A stretch of DNA of 35,796 nucleotides from Dehalococcoidales bacterium (GTDB lineage Bacteria; Chloroflexota; Dehalococcoidia; Dehalococcoidales; Fen-1064). The stretch is taken from NCBI GenBank assembly GCA_052326545.1, contig JBKQML010000050.1, forward strand, positions 1 to 35,796, in the 5' to 3' direction. Made by a program: the position numbers and the translations under genes. Under the pieces are notes generated by a model that was not told the origin of the DNA, searched no databases, and worked only from the letters and a program-made list of their open reading frames with translations. Positions 25,540-33,279 of this stretch are shown here, in pieces (the stretch's first letter is position 1; the number at the start of each line of letters is the position of its first letter).

Positions 25540-25778
25540 AATTAATTGCCGCCGATAAAGGAATTAAATCTATTTAGCCTATAGTTTGAGTATAGTCTGT
25601 TAACGGGGAGCGGTCAAACAGGAACATCCAAAACAATAATCAGTAACTCACTTTATGTGATTGGAAATCGTACCCGATACGTTCCTGGCTAAAGTAATGA
25701 GTTGAAACTTCAAACTTTAATGCGCGCCGGGGATTTCGAGCGGGCACCGGTAGTAGTCGATTTAGCATCATAACAAAG
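25540..25778 (-). ncRNA. Long structured 5' leader of moaA; candidate Moco-type riboswitch (unverified)
   Basis: 239-nt ORF-poor spacer upstream of moaA. CAGGAAC (25619-25625) and GTTCCTG (25681-25687) can pair long-range, or the latter can join a local GGAA-CGTA/TACG-TTCC hairpin (25663-25685), giving mutually exclusive structures. Additional hairpins lie at 25648-25660 and around 25700-25716. Confidence 0.35.
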
Positions 25779-27212
25779 TTATTGAGCTTTAGTTGCGGCA
25801 GGTTTTTGGTCAGGATTCAATAACGGCAGGGTGACGGTAAAAATAGCACCCTCTCCGGGTGTGCTGGAGGCTTCAATAGTGCCATGGTGCGCGATAACAA
25901 TCTCTTTAGCAATTGTCAGTCCTAATCCGACTCCGGTTCTGGCACCGGTAACCTGATAGAATCTTTCAAAAACATGAGGTAAATAGTCGGGATGAATCCC
26001 AGGGCCTTCGTCCGATACCGTAATTCTGGCAAAATTCCCTTCACTCTTGCCCGAGACCACTCTTATTTTACCGCCGTTGGGGCTGTTCTTCACGGCATTA
26101 TCCATCAGATTAAGAAACACTTGCTCCAAACTATCGGCGTCGCCAATCACCGTTAGTTTCGGCTCCGCGGTTAATTCAAGCGTTACCTGTTTCTGCTTGG
26201 CTTGTATGGCTAACATTTCGGTACACTGTTCCAGTATTTCCCCGATCAGCACCGGGTCTTTATGAAATTTTATCTGATTTGACTGCATTCTCGATAATTC
26301 CAATAATTCATCCACCTGGTACTTAAGCCGTCGGGATTCTTCGCTGATAATTTGGGCCGCTTTGAGTTTTGTAGCATCGTCCGCAGCCGTGCCGTCCAGT
26401 AATGCCTGGGCAAAACCCTGGATGGAGGTCAGCGGACTTCTCAATTCATGTGAGACATCAGCCACAAAATGCCGCAGTTTCAGTTGAGCCTGCTCAACAT
26501 CCTCCGTCATATGGTTGAAACTGTCCCCGAGTTCTTTGATCTCTTTCGGGCCTTCGGGTTTTATCCTTTGACTGTAGTCCCCGGCGGATATCTGTTGGGC
26601 TGCTTTAGTGACCTTGGCCAGCGGACGGTAAATTGACCTCGCCAGAAAGATGGCAATCACCAGCGAAATTATCAGTGCAATAACGGCAGCCAACAGCAGC
26701 GGCCAAATGAAAGTGTCGACTACAGTGAAAATCCCCGGTCGCGGTATTGCCAGTACCAGCGTATCGACACTGGTCAGCGGCAGGCTTTGTCTGGTCAGCG
26801 GATAGGCTGCGTAAAGAAAAATCCCCCCGTCGGTTGTGGTAAATACTCCTTTTTCCGCTGAACTTATCCCCTGCGGTAACGTGCCGGACGCGACATTGAT
26901 CGGTGATAACGTTTCCGGTTGCTGCGGCACAAGCTGTTTCACAATATCCCCCAATCCGTCAACCAGCAGGATATACGCTCCATTTTTATCAGCCTGTTCC
27001 TGGAGAGAAGCCAGGAGTTGTGCGGTGGTAACATTGCCGCGGACCAGTGCGACGATTTGCACGTCAATCGGACGGGTCATGTCATCCAACCCGGCCAGCG
27101 ATTGCTTGTCCACGAAGCCGCGCATTAAAAAAACGGCACTCACGGCGATAACAACTAAAAACACCAGGACTACAATGGCATAAGTCCTGAACAAGCTCAA
27201 CCGGAGACTCAT
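25779..27212 (-). CDS. Sensor histidine kinase (two TM helices, extracytoplasmic domain, HAMP, HisKA, HATPase)
   Basis: 477 aa. TM helices near residues 10-30 and 165-190, H-box HELRSPLTSI, N-box LMDNAVKNSP, and G-boxes DEGPGI and GVGLGLTIAKE. Confidence 0.9.
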   Translation of the reverse strand: MSLRLSLFRTYAIVVLVFLVVIAVSAVFLMRGFVDKQSLAGLDDMTRPIDVQIVALVRGNVTTAQLLASLQEQADKNGAYILLVDGLGDIVKQLVPQQPETLSPINVASGTLPQGISSAEKGVFTTTDGGIFLYAAYPLTRQSLPLTSVDTLVLAIPRPGIFTVVDTFIWPLLLAAVIALIISLVIAIFLARSIYRPLAKVTKAAQQISAGDYSQRIKPEGPKEIKELGDSFNHMTEDVEQAQLKLRHFVADVSHELRSPLTSIQGFAQALLDGTAADDATKLKAAQIISEESRRLKYQVDELLELSRMQSNQIKFHKDPVLIGEILEQCTEMLAIQAKQKQVTLELTAEPKLTVIGDADSLEQVFLNLMDNAVKNSPNGGKIRVVSGKSEGNFARITVSDEGPGIHPDYLPHVFERFYQVTGARTGVGLGLTIAKEIVIAHHGTIEASSTPGEGAIFTVTLPLLNPDQKPAATKAQ

Positions 27213-27892
27213 TGCGACTCCTTCCGCCCCACCAGTTTATATCCTGTCCCGCGAAAGGTCTCAATATCAGCCGGAGAACCTTCAAGCTTATCCCGCAGAT
27301 GATTGACATGCACGTCTACCGTCCGGGTCTCTCCGTAATAGTCATATCCCCAAACCTGATTGAGAAGCCGTTCCCGGGTTAATACTATGTCCGGATTCTG
27401 CGCAAAAACAGCAAGGAGATCGAACTCTTTCGTGCGTAATTTGAGCTGTTCGTTATTTATTATTACTTCCCGTTTCAAAATATCGATATGTATCCCGTAA
27501 ACATCGATCGTTTGCGGCGGTTCAACTTCCGCTTGCGACCGGCGCAAAATAGCCTTGACTCTGGCCACCAGCTCGGACGGATTGAACGGTTTGGCCAGAT
27601 AATCATCGGCGCCTAATTCCAGTCCAACAATTTTGTCGACATCTTCCCGACGGGCGCTGATCATCAAAATCGGGACTTTACTCTTCGCTCTGATTTGACG
27701 GCAGACTTCGAAGCCGTCGATATCGGGCAACATGATATCCAGTATCACCAGGTCAGGGTTGATGGAAGTCACCATCGCCAGACCATCCTGCCCTTTGGTG
27801 GCATATTCTACCAGAAAACCGTCACGCTGCAGATAAAGTTTTGCCAGTTCTATGATATGAACTTCATCATCGATTATCAGTATCTTTGCCAT
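27209..27892 (-). CDS. OmpR/PhoB-family response regulator
   Basis: Receiver domain (KILIIDDE, DLVILDIMLPDIDG, K at LAKPF) and a winged-helix output domain (LTRERLLNQVWGYDYYGETRTVDVHVNHLRDKL). 4-nt overlap with the kinase gene. Confidence 0.92.
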   Translation of the reverse strand: MAKILIIDDEVHIIELAKLYLQRDGFLVEYATKGQDGLAMVTSINPDLVILDIMLPDIDGFEVCRQIRAKSKVPILMISARREDVDKIVGLELGADDYLAKPFNPSELVARVKAILRRSQAEVEPPQTIDVYGIHIDILKREVIINNEQLKLRTKEFDLLAVFAQNPDIVLTRERLLNQVWGYDYYGETRTVDVHVNHLRDKLEGSPADIETFRGTGYKLVGRKESQ

Positions 27893-27949
27893 TTTACCCT
27901 CGTCCTGTATTATACATGATTTTCTTAAGAAACGGACTGCTTTAACGGG

Positions 27950-28366
27950 TTATCGATGGTGCAATTTTTGCCAGAGGTCCATCGCCCTGTCAGCTTGCTC
28001 ATGAGTAATTTTGTTGGCGCCAACAGCTTTATCCAGTGCTGCCTGGACTTTAGTGACATCTTGAGCCTGGAGCAGACGCGTTATCGGTGAGCCTTGCGCA
28101 AACTGCCCATGATGGTTTGTCCAGATATTTTTAATGTTGGCTGCCTGCTGGTCGGTTATCTGGCCGTCGCCCTTAGCTTTGGCCAGAAATGCGTCGACTT
28201 TGGATTCGTCCTGAACCATCAGCAGACGGAACAGTTTTCCTCTTCTCTTGCCTTGCGGAGACCGGCCGGAATTTAAAGCGTCATCGCCGGAGGGCGGTAC
28301 CACGTAAATTCCCAGCATACCCAGAGACAGTATTAAGACTACGAAAATCAGTAGTTTCTTTTTCAT
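27950..28366 (-). CDS. Secreted small protein with two tandem ~42-aa repeats, unknown function
   Basis: 138 aa. Signal peptide MKKKLLIFVVLILSLGMLG. Repeat 1 is RLLMVQDESKVDAFLAKAKGDGQITDQQAANIKNIWTNHH and repeat 2 is RLLQAQDVTKVQAALDKAVGANKITHEQADRAMDLWQKLHH, about 45% identical. gggggaga SD. First gene of the two-component operon. Confidence 0.65.
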   Translation of the reverse strand: MKKKLLIFVVLILSLGMLGIYVVPPSGDDALNSGRSPQGKRRGKLFRLLMVQDESKVDAFLAKAKGDGQITDQQAANIKNIWTNHHGQFAQGSPITRLLQAQDVTKVQAALDKAVGANKITHEQADRAMDLWQKLHHR

Positions 28367-28415
28367 TATCGTTCTTCTCCCCCAATGTCCATTTTAAACG
28401 AGGGCCGTTACCGCA

Positions 28416-28444
28416 ATATTATCGCAGCGTAAAAAACATGTAAA
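28416..28444 (-). promoter_or_regulatory. Candidate promoter of the operon encoding the secreted protein, regulator and kinase
   Basis: On the minus strand: TTTACA (28444-28439), 17-nt spacer, TAATAT (28421-28416). About 50 nt upstream of the ATG at 28366. Confidence 0.45.
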
Positions 28445-28508
28445 ATCCGTGCTTACCATTAGTTTGTCACAATCGATAATTCATAATCAACCGAACCAGT
28501 ACAATACC

Positions 28509-28537
28509 TTGCCAAGCATAGTTAATATTGCTAGAAT
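28509..28537 (+). promoter_or_regulatory. Candidate promoter of the MBL-fold hydrolase gene
   Basis: TTGCCA (28509-28514), 17-nt spacer, TAGAAT (28532-28537), followed by a ggagggaggg SD and the ATG at 28569. Confidence 0.5.
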
Positions 28538-28568
28538 AGTGACAATAAACCGGAGGGAGGGTGGCGAG

Positions 28569-29222
28569 ATGAAAATTAAATGGTTGGGAGTGGCGTGTTT
28601 TCTGATTACCAGCAATAAAGGATTGAAGATTATTACGGACCCTTATGCGGTAGACCCGCACGGTTCGATCAAACATGCACCGGTTAAGGAATCTGCCGAT
28701 ATCGTGACCGTGAGCCATGAGCACGGCGACCATAATCACACCGGTGACATCCAGGGACACCCTGAAATTATCCGCGGAGTGGGAACTCATTCAGTCAAGG
28801 GCCTCGAATTTTTGGGAATCGGTTCTTACCACGATAATGTCTGCGGAGCACAAAGGGGGCCAAATACCATCTTTTGTTTCACAGTAGACGGTACCAGGGT
28901 CTGTCACTGTGGGGATTTGGGTCACACTCTGGATAGCAATACGCTGAAAGCCATCGGCCCTGTCGATGTTCTGCTCTTTCCAACCGGCGGACCTCCCCAG
29001 ACAATTGATTTGAATGAAGCAATCATGCTGTGGGATAAGATGAAACCCGGTGTGATTATCCCGATGCATTTTCACAGTTCGAAACTTTTATTCCCCAAAT
29101 ATCGGCTGGAAGACTTATTGAAATTGAAGCCGGATGCGATTCTAACCGGAAAGAGTGAACTTGAGTTTACCGCCGGCAAAGTTCCGTCAGGCCAAATTAT
29201 GATTCTGGAACCGGCACTGTAA
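28569..29222 (+). CDS. MBL-fold metal-dependent hydrolase (UlaG/COG2220-like)
   Basis: The ATG at 28569 sits behind a strong SD; the ORF-track start at 28449 adds 40 unconserved residues. N-terminal MKIKWLGVACFLI and metal motif HEHGDHNH. Confidence 0.8.
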   Translation: MKIKWLGVACFLITSNKGLKIITDPYAVDPHGSIKHAPVKESADIVTVSHEHGDHNHTGDIQGHPEIIRGVGTHSVKGLEFLGIGSYHDNVCGAQRGPNTIFCFTVDGTRVCHCGDLGHTLDSNTLKAIGPVDVLLFPTGGPPQTIDLNEAIMLWDKMKPGVIIPMHFHSSKLLFPKYRLEDLLKLKPDAILTGKSELEFTAGKVPSGQIMILEPAL

Positions 29223-29225
29223 ACT

Positions 29226-29257
29226 AATAATCAAGTCTCAATAATCAAGATTCAAGA
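29226..29257 (+). repeat. AATAATCAAG-type short repeat (copy F)
   Basis: taataatcaagtctcaataatcaagattcaag. It has an internal direct repeat of aataatcaag and shares aataatcaag plus atcaaga/tcaag with 35239-35263. Confidence 0.5.
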
Positions 29258-29303
29258 AAACAATTTGTTGTGACGGCTAAAAATCAAGCGGTAAAAAGCT
29301 GCA

Positions 29304-29390
29304 CTTCTCTCCCCTTTGTAAGGGCAACGCTATAGTACTTACGCAGTAACGTATCCCGAGCTTGTCGAGGGGAGATTTAGAGGGATTTAT
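29304..29390 (-). repeat. REP-like mosaic repeat, copy G (inverted relative to copies H and I)
   Basis: The reverse complement reads taaatccctctaaatctcccctcgacaagctcgggat...gcccttacaaaggggagag. It shares taaatccctct and atctccc with copy I, and tcgacaRgctcggga with copy H. Confidence 0.6.
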
Positions 29391-29426
29391 TAACACTGAG
29401 GATAAAATAAGTTTACCCATCTCACA

Positions 29427-29999
29427 TTAGTCTTTGGCGAGGTATTTTGCGATCGCAGTATCGTAAATCGCAACATGCTGGAAAGCTTTTTGGGCAAGCT
29501 TTTTACGTTCATTTATGTCCAGTTTGCCTTCCCTGATTCTTTCCAGCACGAGCGGATAATCCAATGGGTCAACGACTACAATAACATCGGGAAAATTCTT
29601 GGCAGACGCCCGAATCAATGTCGGCCCGCCGATATCAATATTCTCCAGCGCGTCTTCCAGCGTAACTCCTTTTTTAGAGATGGTCTGCACGAATGGATAG
29701 AGATTTACCGCTACCAGTTCAATTGTTTGAATCTTGTGTCTGGCAATTTCTGCCATGTGGTCGGGAATACTGCGCCGGGCAAGAATACCGCCGTGCACCA
29801 TCGGGTGCAGGGTCTTCACACGCCCGTCGAGAATCTCAGGGAATCCGGTGATATCCGATACGCTATGTACCGGAATTTTAGCATCCGCAATTGTCTTTTG
29901 AGTATGACCGGTACTGAAGATTTCATAGCCTGCTTCATTCAAACCGCGGGCAAAATCAATAACACCCGTTTTGTTATAAACACTGATGATCGCCCGCAT
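29427..29999 (-). CDS. purH: Stand-alone IMP cyclohydrolase domain (N-terminal MGS-like half of PurH)
   Basis: 190 aa. Contains RAIISVYNKTG, GRVKTLHP, NLYPF and IDIGGPTLIRASAKN, all from the IMPCH half of bifunctional PurH. The ORF stops at the inter-domain boundary and no AICAR-transformylase domain follows. Confidence 0.8.
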   Translation of the reverse strand: MRAIISVYNKTGVIDFARGLNEAGYEIFSTGHTQKTIADAKIPVHSVSDITGFPEILDGRVKTLHPMVHGGILARRSIPDHMAEIARHKIQTIELVAVNLYPFVQTISKKGVTLEDALENIDIGGPTLIRASAKNFPDVIVVVDPLDYPLVLERIREGKLDINERKKLAQKAFQHVAIYDTAIAKYLAKD

Positions 30000-30013
30000 T
30001 CGGTAAGTCTCCC

Positions 30014-31069
30014 TTATTTTCCCCAGTTAATTTTACCGGAAAACTTAACGGTGTTATCTGCATCGTCGATGATTTCCCCGATGTGGTAGGCATGAATGCC
30101 TTTGTTTTCCAGATATTGAATCATCGCCGTTTCTGCTCCCGGAGCGGTGACCATGATCATACCCACACCCATGTTCAGGTTGTTAATCATATCGTCTTCC
30201 GGGACTTCACCCACCTCTTTGATTACTTTGAAAACCGGCAGGACTTCAATTTTATCCAGATGCACCTGCGCGCTCAAACCTGCCGGTAAAATCCGTTCCA
30301 GGTTGCCGCAAATTCCGTCCCCGGTGATATGCGCCAGGCCGTGTACTTTAGGAGAACCGAGAATATCCTTCAAATACGGATAATAGGCAGTATGCGGACG
30401 TAAAACCGCATCGATAAACTTCTCGTTATTTACTTTTGCCTTCAGAATTGACGGTTTATCGGCGATTAATTTGCGGACTAAAGAATAGCCGTTGGTATGC
30501 AAACCGTTGGAGGCCATAGCAATGACTTTATCTCCCTCTTTAATCCGGGAGCCGTCGATGATTTTCTTTTTGCTGACCACGCCGACCACACTGGAGCTTA
30601 AAATAAAAACACCTTCCGGTAAAACGCCGGGCTGCTCGGAGATTTCCCCGCCGACCAGACTGCAGTCCTGGTTCACACAAGCCTGATTAATCGCCGTGAT
30701 AATTTTGTTAATATCATCTTTTACCAGTTTCCCCACCACGATTACATCCAACACGGCCAGCGGTTTGGCGCCCATGACGATAATATCGTTGATCAGGTGG
30801 TTAATCATATCGAAGCCGATGTCATCGATCTTATTGGAATTTTTGGCTAATAACTGCTTGGAGCCGGGTTCCTCGGCTTTCAGCACCAGCACCGGGTCAG
30901 AGATTCCCGGAAAACTGGCCTCAAAAAGAGAAGCAAAAGCGCCGACCCGATTTAAAATGCGGGGGTCAGTCATGGTTAATCTGGAACGAAGGCCCTGCGT
31001 AATAGCAGAATGTCCATCGCGGTCTACCCCGGCGGCAGCATAGGTCTGTTTTGCAGATTTCCTGGGCAT
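30014..31069 (-). CDS. purM: Phosphoribosylformylglycinamidine cyclo-ligase (AIR synthetase)
   Basis: 351 aa. YAAAGVD at the N-terminus, ASNGLHTNGYSLVRK, HITGDGICGNLERILP and NLNMGVGMIMV. The usual DGVGTK block reads EEPGSK. Confidence 0.85.
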   Translation of the reverse strand: MPRKSAKQTYAAAGVDRDGHSAITQGLRSRLTMTDPRILNRVGAFASLFEASFPGISDPVLVLKAEEPGSKQLLAKNSNKIDDIGFDMINHLINDIIVMGAKPLAVLDVIVVGKLVKDDINKIITAINQACVNQDCSLVGGEISEQPGVLPEGVFILSSSVVGVVSKKKIIDGSRIKEGDKVIAMASNGLHTNGYSLVRKLIADKPSILKAKVNNEKFIDAVLRPHTAYYPYLKDILGSPKVHGLAHITGDGICGNLERILPAGLSAQVHLDKIEVLPVFKVIKEVGEVPEDDMINNLNMGVGMIMVTAPGAETAMIQYLENKGIHAYHIGEIIDDADNTVKFSGKINWGK

Positions 31070-31089
31070 AAATCTACCAATCTCCCCGG

Positions 31090-31305
31090 TTATTTTTCCT
31101 GCCTGGACGGTTTTTTCTTTGAACCTTTTACCAGTATCATTTCACCCTGGCACCGGGTGTAATACTTACAGGGGAAGAGCCCTCTCGGTTCACAACCGCG
31201 TTTTCTTTGTGCTTCCTGCCACGCTTCCATCCCATCTAAAGCCTGGTAAATATCCTCAGGCTCAGTGAGTTCAAAGCCGCAATTGTCACAAACCAGCTTT
31301 TCCAT
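31090..31305 (-). CDS. Small Cys-rich protein (71 aa), unknown function
   Basis: The ATG at 31305 has a GGGAG SD 5 nt upstream; the ORF-track TTG at 31317 is less likely. Sequence MEKLVCDNCGF...RGCEPRGLFPCKYYTRCQ with a basic tail KGSKKKPSRQEK. 20 nt upstream of purM. Confidence 0.45.
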   Translation of the reverse strand: MEKLVCDNCGFELTEPEDIYQALDGMEAWQEAQRKRGCEPRGLFPCKYYTRCQGEMILVKGSKKKPSRQEK

Positions 31306-31320
31306 AGTTACTCCCAATCG

Positions 31321-31505
31321 CTTCTCCCTTGAGGGGAGAAGGCCGAAGGTACTTTACTTCGGTAGAATTACATCAAAGTAAATGTACAGGATGAGGGTGA
31401 AATCCCCCTCTCTCAGTTGAGATATTCTCTCTTTAATCTCTCCCTCGTCATCCGTCGACAGGCTCGGGACAATTGAACTCAGGGCTTCGTCCTTACCAAG
31501 TTGAG
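31321..31505 (+). repeat. REP-like mosaic repeat, copy H
   Basis: Hairpins CTTCTCCC (31321-28) / GGGAGAAG (31334-41) and CCGAAG (31343-48) / CTTCGG (31357-62). Modules ggatgagggtgaaatcccc and taatctctccctcg..tcgacaggctcgggac..ccttaccaag are shared with copies G and I. Confidence 0.6.
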
Positions 31506-31511
31506 AAAATT

Positions 31512-32705
31512 CTATTTCTTGTACTTTTTCACAAAGCGCCCCATTCTTTTCAGCGCCTCTTGAATATCCGCCAGGGAAGTAGCGTAACAGCAGCGGATAT
31601 AGCCCTCACCGCATATCCCGAAAGCGGAGCCGGGTACCACGGCCACTTTCTCTTCGGAAAGTAATTTTTCGGCGAACTCCTCTGAAGTCATGCCGGTGCA
31701 TCTGATCGACGGAAAAGCGTAAAAAGCGCCTTTAGGCTCAAAGCAGGACAAACCGATGTCTCTGAACCCTTTCACGATCACCTGACGCCGCCGGTTGTAG
31801 TCTTCCACCATCTCGGCGACACTATCCTGTTCGCCCTTTAGCGCTTCCAGGGCGGCAATCTGCGACATCGTGGAAACACACATCATCGTATACTGATGAA
31901 TCTTGTGCATGGCCGCAATTATTTCTTTCGGCGCGGCGGCATAACCCACCCGCCAACCGGTCATGGCGTAGGCCTTGGAGAAACCACCCAGAAATACAGT
32001 ACGCTCTTTCATTTCCGGTAAGGAGGCAAAACAGGTGAATTCCACACCGTAGACCAGTTTACTGTAAATCTCATCGGAAATTACGGTGAGGTCGTGCTTT
32101 ATTGCCAGCGCGGCGATGTCCGCCAGTTTCTGACGGCTCATTACGGCGCCGGTAGGATTGGAAGGATAACCGATGAGAATGGCCCGGGTTTTACCGGTAA
32201 CGTGTTTTTCAATATCTGCCGCGGAAATTTCAAAATTATTAACTTCATCAGTTGGAATGTGCACCGGTTTTCCGCCGGCGAGCGTCACGCAGCTGCCGTA
32301 AGCCACAAAACACGGGTTAGGGATAATTACTTCGTCGCCGGGGTCAATAATGGCACGCATTGTCAGGTCGAGGGCTTCACTGACACCGACTGTGATCAAT
32401 AATTCACCGGTGGGGTCATAATCAACCTGATACTCAGTGTTCAGATAGCGGGCCAGTTCTTTGCGCAATTCGGGCATACCGGAATTCGAGGTATACATCG
32501 TCTGCCCTTTTTCGATGGATTCAATCGCCGATTCGCGGATGTGCCAGGGCGTGGTATAATCCGGCTCGCCCACCCCCAGGGAAATCACCCCGTCGATTGA
32601 AGATAACAGGTCGAAGAATTTACGGATGCCGGACGGCTGAATCGCATTGGCCCGCAGGGAAATATGCTGCCTGTGGTGTTTTTGAGTCCTGGATTGTGTC
32701 GTCAT
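31512..32705 (-). CDS. Class I/II PLP-dependent aminotransferase (aspartate/aromatic type)
   Basis: 397 aa. PSGIRKF, GYPSNPTG and the PLP-lysine block GFSKAYAMTGWRVGY. aggaga SD. Confidence 0.85.
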   Translation of the reverse strand: MTTQSRTQKHHRQHISLRANAIQPSGIRKFFDLLSSIDGVISLGVGEPDYTTPWHIRESAIESIEKGQTMYTSNSGMPELRKELARYLNTEYQVDYDPTGELLITVGVSEALDLTMRAIIDPGDEVIIPNPCFVAYGSCVTLAGGKPVHIPTDEVNNFEISAADIEKHVTGKTRAILIGYPSNPTGAVMSRQKLADIAALAIKHDLTVISDEIYSKLVYGVEFTCFASLPEMKERTVFLGGFSKAYAMTGWRVGYAAAPKEIIAAMHKIHQYTMMCVSTMSQIAALEALKGEQDSVAEMVEDYNRRRQVIVKGFRDIGLSCFEPKGAFYAFPSIRCTGMTSEEFAEKLLSEEKVAVVPGSAFGICGEGYIRCCYATSLADIQEALKRMGRFVKKYKK

Positions 32706-32729
32706 AATTATCTCCTGGCAGGTGTCGGA

Positions 32730-33212
32730 TTACAGCACTACGGCTTGCCGTTTCATTACTTCTTCGCTTTCCATTATTTCGCCGTCTTCCTTGTAGCGTT
32801 TCAGAATAAACTGAGTGACCGTTTCTTTTACGCCGTCAATATGAGAAAGTTTTTGGGAGACGAAATCGGCAATTTCATGGTTATTTTTACCGGTGACCAT
32901 CACCAGTAAATCGACCGTGCCGGAAACGAGATATACGCTGCGCGCCTGCGGGAAGCGGTAAATGTGCTCGGCGATGGAGTCGAAACCGACATCTTTTTGC
33001 GGCTCAAGTTTGACGCCAATCCAGGCTAATACATGCTCATTTTCCGCTTTATCCCAGTTGACGATGGCTTTGTATTTCAGAATGGTGCGGTCATCCTGGG
33101 CTTTTTTAATCAGTTTGACCACTTCTGCCTGGGGCATACCGGTCATGACGGCAATCTGCTTCGGCGTGGCATGGGCATCATTTTCCAGAATTTTTAGAAT
33201 GTCTTTCAGCAT
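32730..33212 (-). CDS. Lrp/AsnC-family transcriptional regulator
   Basis: 160 aa. N-terminal HTH (ILKILENDAHATPKQIAVMTGMPQAEVVKLIKK) and a C-terminal RAM-like ligand domain. 24 nt upstream of the aminotransferase gene. Confidence 0.8.
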   Translation of the reverse strand: MLKDILKILENDAHATPKQIAVMTGMPQAEVVKLIKKAQDDRTILKYKAIVNWDKAENEHVLAWIGVKLEPQKDVGFDSIAEHIYRFPQARSVYLVSGTVDLLVMVTGKNNHEIADFVSQKLSHIDGVKETVTQFILKRYKEDGEIMESEEVMKRQAVVL

Positions 33213-33279
33213 TTTCAGCTCCTGACAGGTTCGGTAAACGAGTTTCTCAGGTTATTACATTATAGCAGGTAAAAGAGTA

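Noticed and set aside
28449-28568. 40-residue N-terminal extension of the MBL-fold hydrolase; a similar case is 16783-16830 for moaC
   Set aside because: In each case the downstream ATG follows a strong Shine-Dalgarno and matches the family N-terminus. The extension would also run through the candidate promoter.
29475-30089. 204-aa + strand ORF spanning the purH-N/purM junction
   Set aside because: Antisense to two well-supported purine genes and crosses their intergenic gap. Shadow-frame composition.
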